From the NCBI GenBank assembly GCA_038816475.1, contig JAWBAI010000006.1, positions 59,730 to 75,058 of the forward strand: a stretch of DNA of 15,329 nucleotides, written 5' to 3'. The position numbers were made by a program, and so were the translations under genes. Shown here piece by piece: positions 14,723-15,329 of this stretch. The stretch is from Desulfurococcaceae archaeon. GTDB lineage: Archaea > Thermoproteota > Thermoprotei_A > Sulfolobales > Desulfurococcaceae. The notes below the pieces were generated by a model. The model did no database searches, was not told the DNA's origin, and was given only the letters and a program-made list of their open reading frames with translations. Position 1 is the stretch's first letter. Every line of letters begins with the position of its first letter.

Positions 14723-15208
14723 TTGAACCCTGAGCTTCTATCTGCATTGAACAAGCAGTTGAATCAGGAGCTTCGAAACGCCTACTTGTACCTTTCAATG
14801 GCAGCGTACTTCGATGGTTTATCTCTCGGAGGTTTTGCACACTACTTTAAGGTTCAAGCCAGAGAAGAGGTTGAACACGCGCTGAGAATTTACCAGTTCA
14901 TCGTTGACAGAGGTCAAAGAGTTGAGTTAGACGATGTTGTTCTGGAAAAGAAGAACTGGAGTAGTGTTCTAGAAGCTGTGAGAGACTTCTATGAGGCTGA
15001 AAAAAGCAATACTCAGAGAATCTGGAATCTCGTTGATTTAGCAAGGAGAACAGGTGATAAAGCAGCTGAAGCATTTCTTCAGTGGTTTGTGAACGAGCAG
15101 GTTGAAGAAGAGAAGTCTGCAATGGATCTTCTCGCTAAGGTTGAAATGCTAAAGGACAACGTAGTTGGAATACTGAACCTGGATAGAATACTAGCTGAGA
15201 GAAAGTAA
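14723..15208 (+). CDS. ftnA: Non-heme ferritin
   Basis: Ferroxidase residues in NQELRNAYLY, REEVEHA, EAEK and FLQWFVNEQVEEE; TTG start, SD GGTGGTG, TATA-like TTTATTAT at 14680-14687. Confidence 0.96.
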   Translation: MNPELLSALNKQLNQELRNAYLYLSMAAYFDGLSLGGFAHYFKVQAREEVEHALRIYQFIVDRGQRVELDDVVLEKKNWSSVLEAVRDFYEAEKSNTQRIWNLVDLARRTGDKAAEAFLQWFVNEQVEEEKSAMDLLAKVEMLKDNVVGILNLDRILAERK

Positions 15209-15246
15209 ACGTGTAGCCTCTTGTGGGAACAACCCGTACTTGTTTT

Positions 15247-15329
15247 TCAACTATCAACCTCAGCGTAAACAGCGTTGAACCCGGCTTCCTCGAGAAGACT
15301 GTACAGTTCCTCCGCGCACATGACCGCAT
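15247..15329 (-). CDS. 3' end of an unidentified gene (partial)
   Basis: Minus frame from 15327 reads AVMCAEELYSLLEEAGFNAVYAEVDS* with TGA at 15249-15247; protein-like composition; convergent on ferritin. Confidence 0.55.
   Translation of the reverse strand, partial: AVMCAEELYSLLEEAGFNAVYAEVDS

Noticed and set aside
13893-15329. ORFs 13893..14123, 14140..14733, 14279..14509, 14478..14840, 14898..15122 and 15135..15329
   Set aside because: Shadows of the pqqD-like gene, ssb or ferritin, or they cross promoter regions. A different minus frame ending at 15247 looks more protein-like than 15135..15329.

Overview
Archaeal chromosomal DNA with crenarchaeal-type genes (single-OB-fold SSB with an acidic tail, Gins23, a tRNA intron with a bulge-helix-bulge motif, frequent TTG starts), probably Desulfurococcales; the taxon is an inference. 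From left to right: 3' end of an unknown gene, a small Zn-ribbon gene, intron-containing tRNA-Pro(GGG), a small HTH-like gene, a replication cluster (gins23-mcm divergent from rfcS-rfcL), thiI with a rhodanese domain, a tightly coupled purA / FAD-Fe-S oxidoreductase (COG2509-like) / purB operon, a ZIP metal transporter, pyrB without an adjacent pyrI, an ssb / PqqD-like gene pair, ferritin, and the 3' end of another unknown gene. No mobile elements, CRISPR arrays or inteins were seen. The most interesting leads are (1) the uncharacterised Fe-S flavoprotein between purA and purB, a candidate missing purine-interconversion enzyme; (2) a stand-alone PqqD/RRE-fold protein translationally coupled to SSB; and (3) two unannotated structured intergenic elements with C/D-box motifs (about 13480-13553 and 14525-14647).
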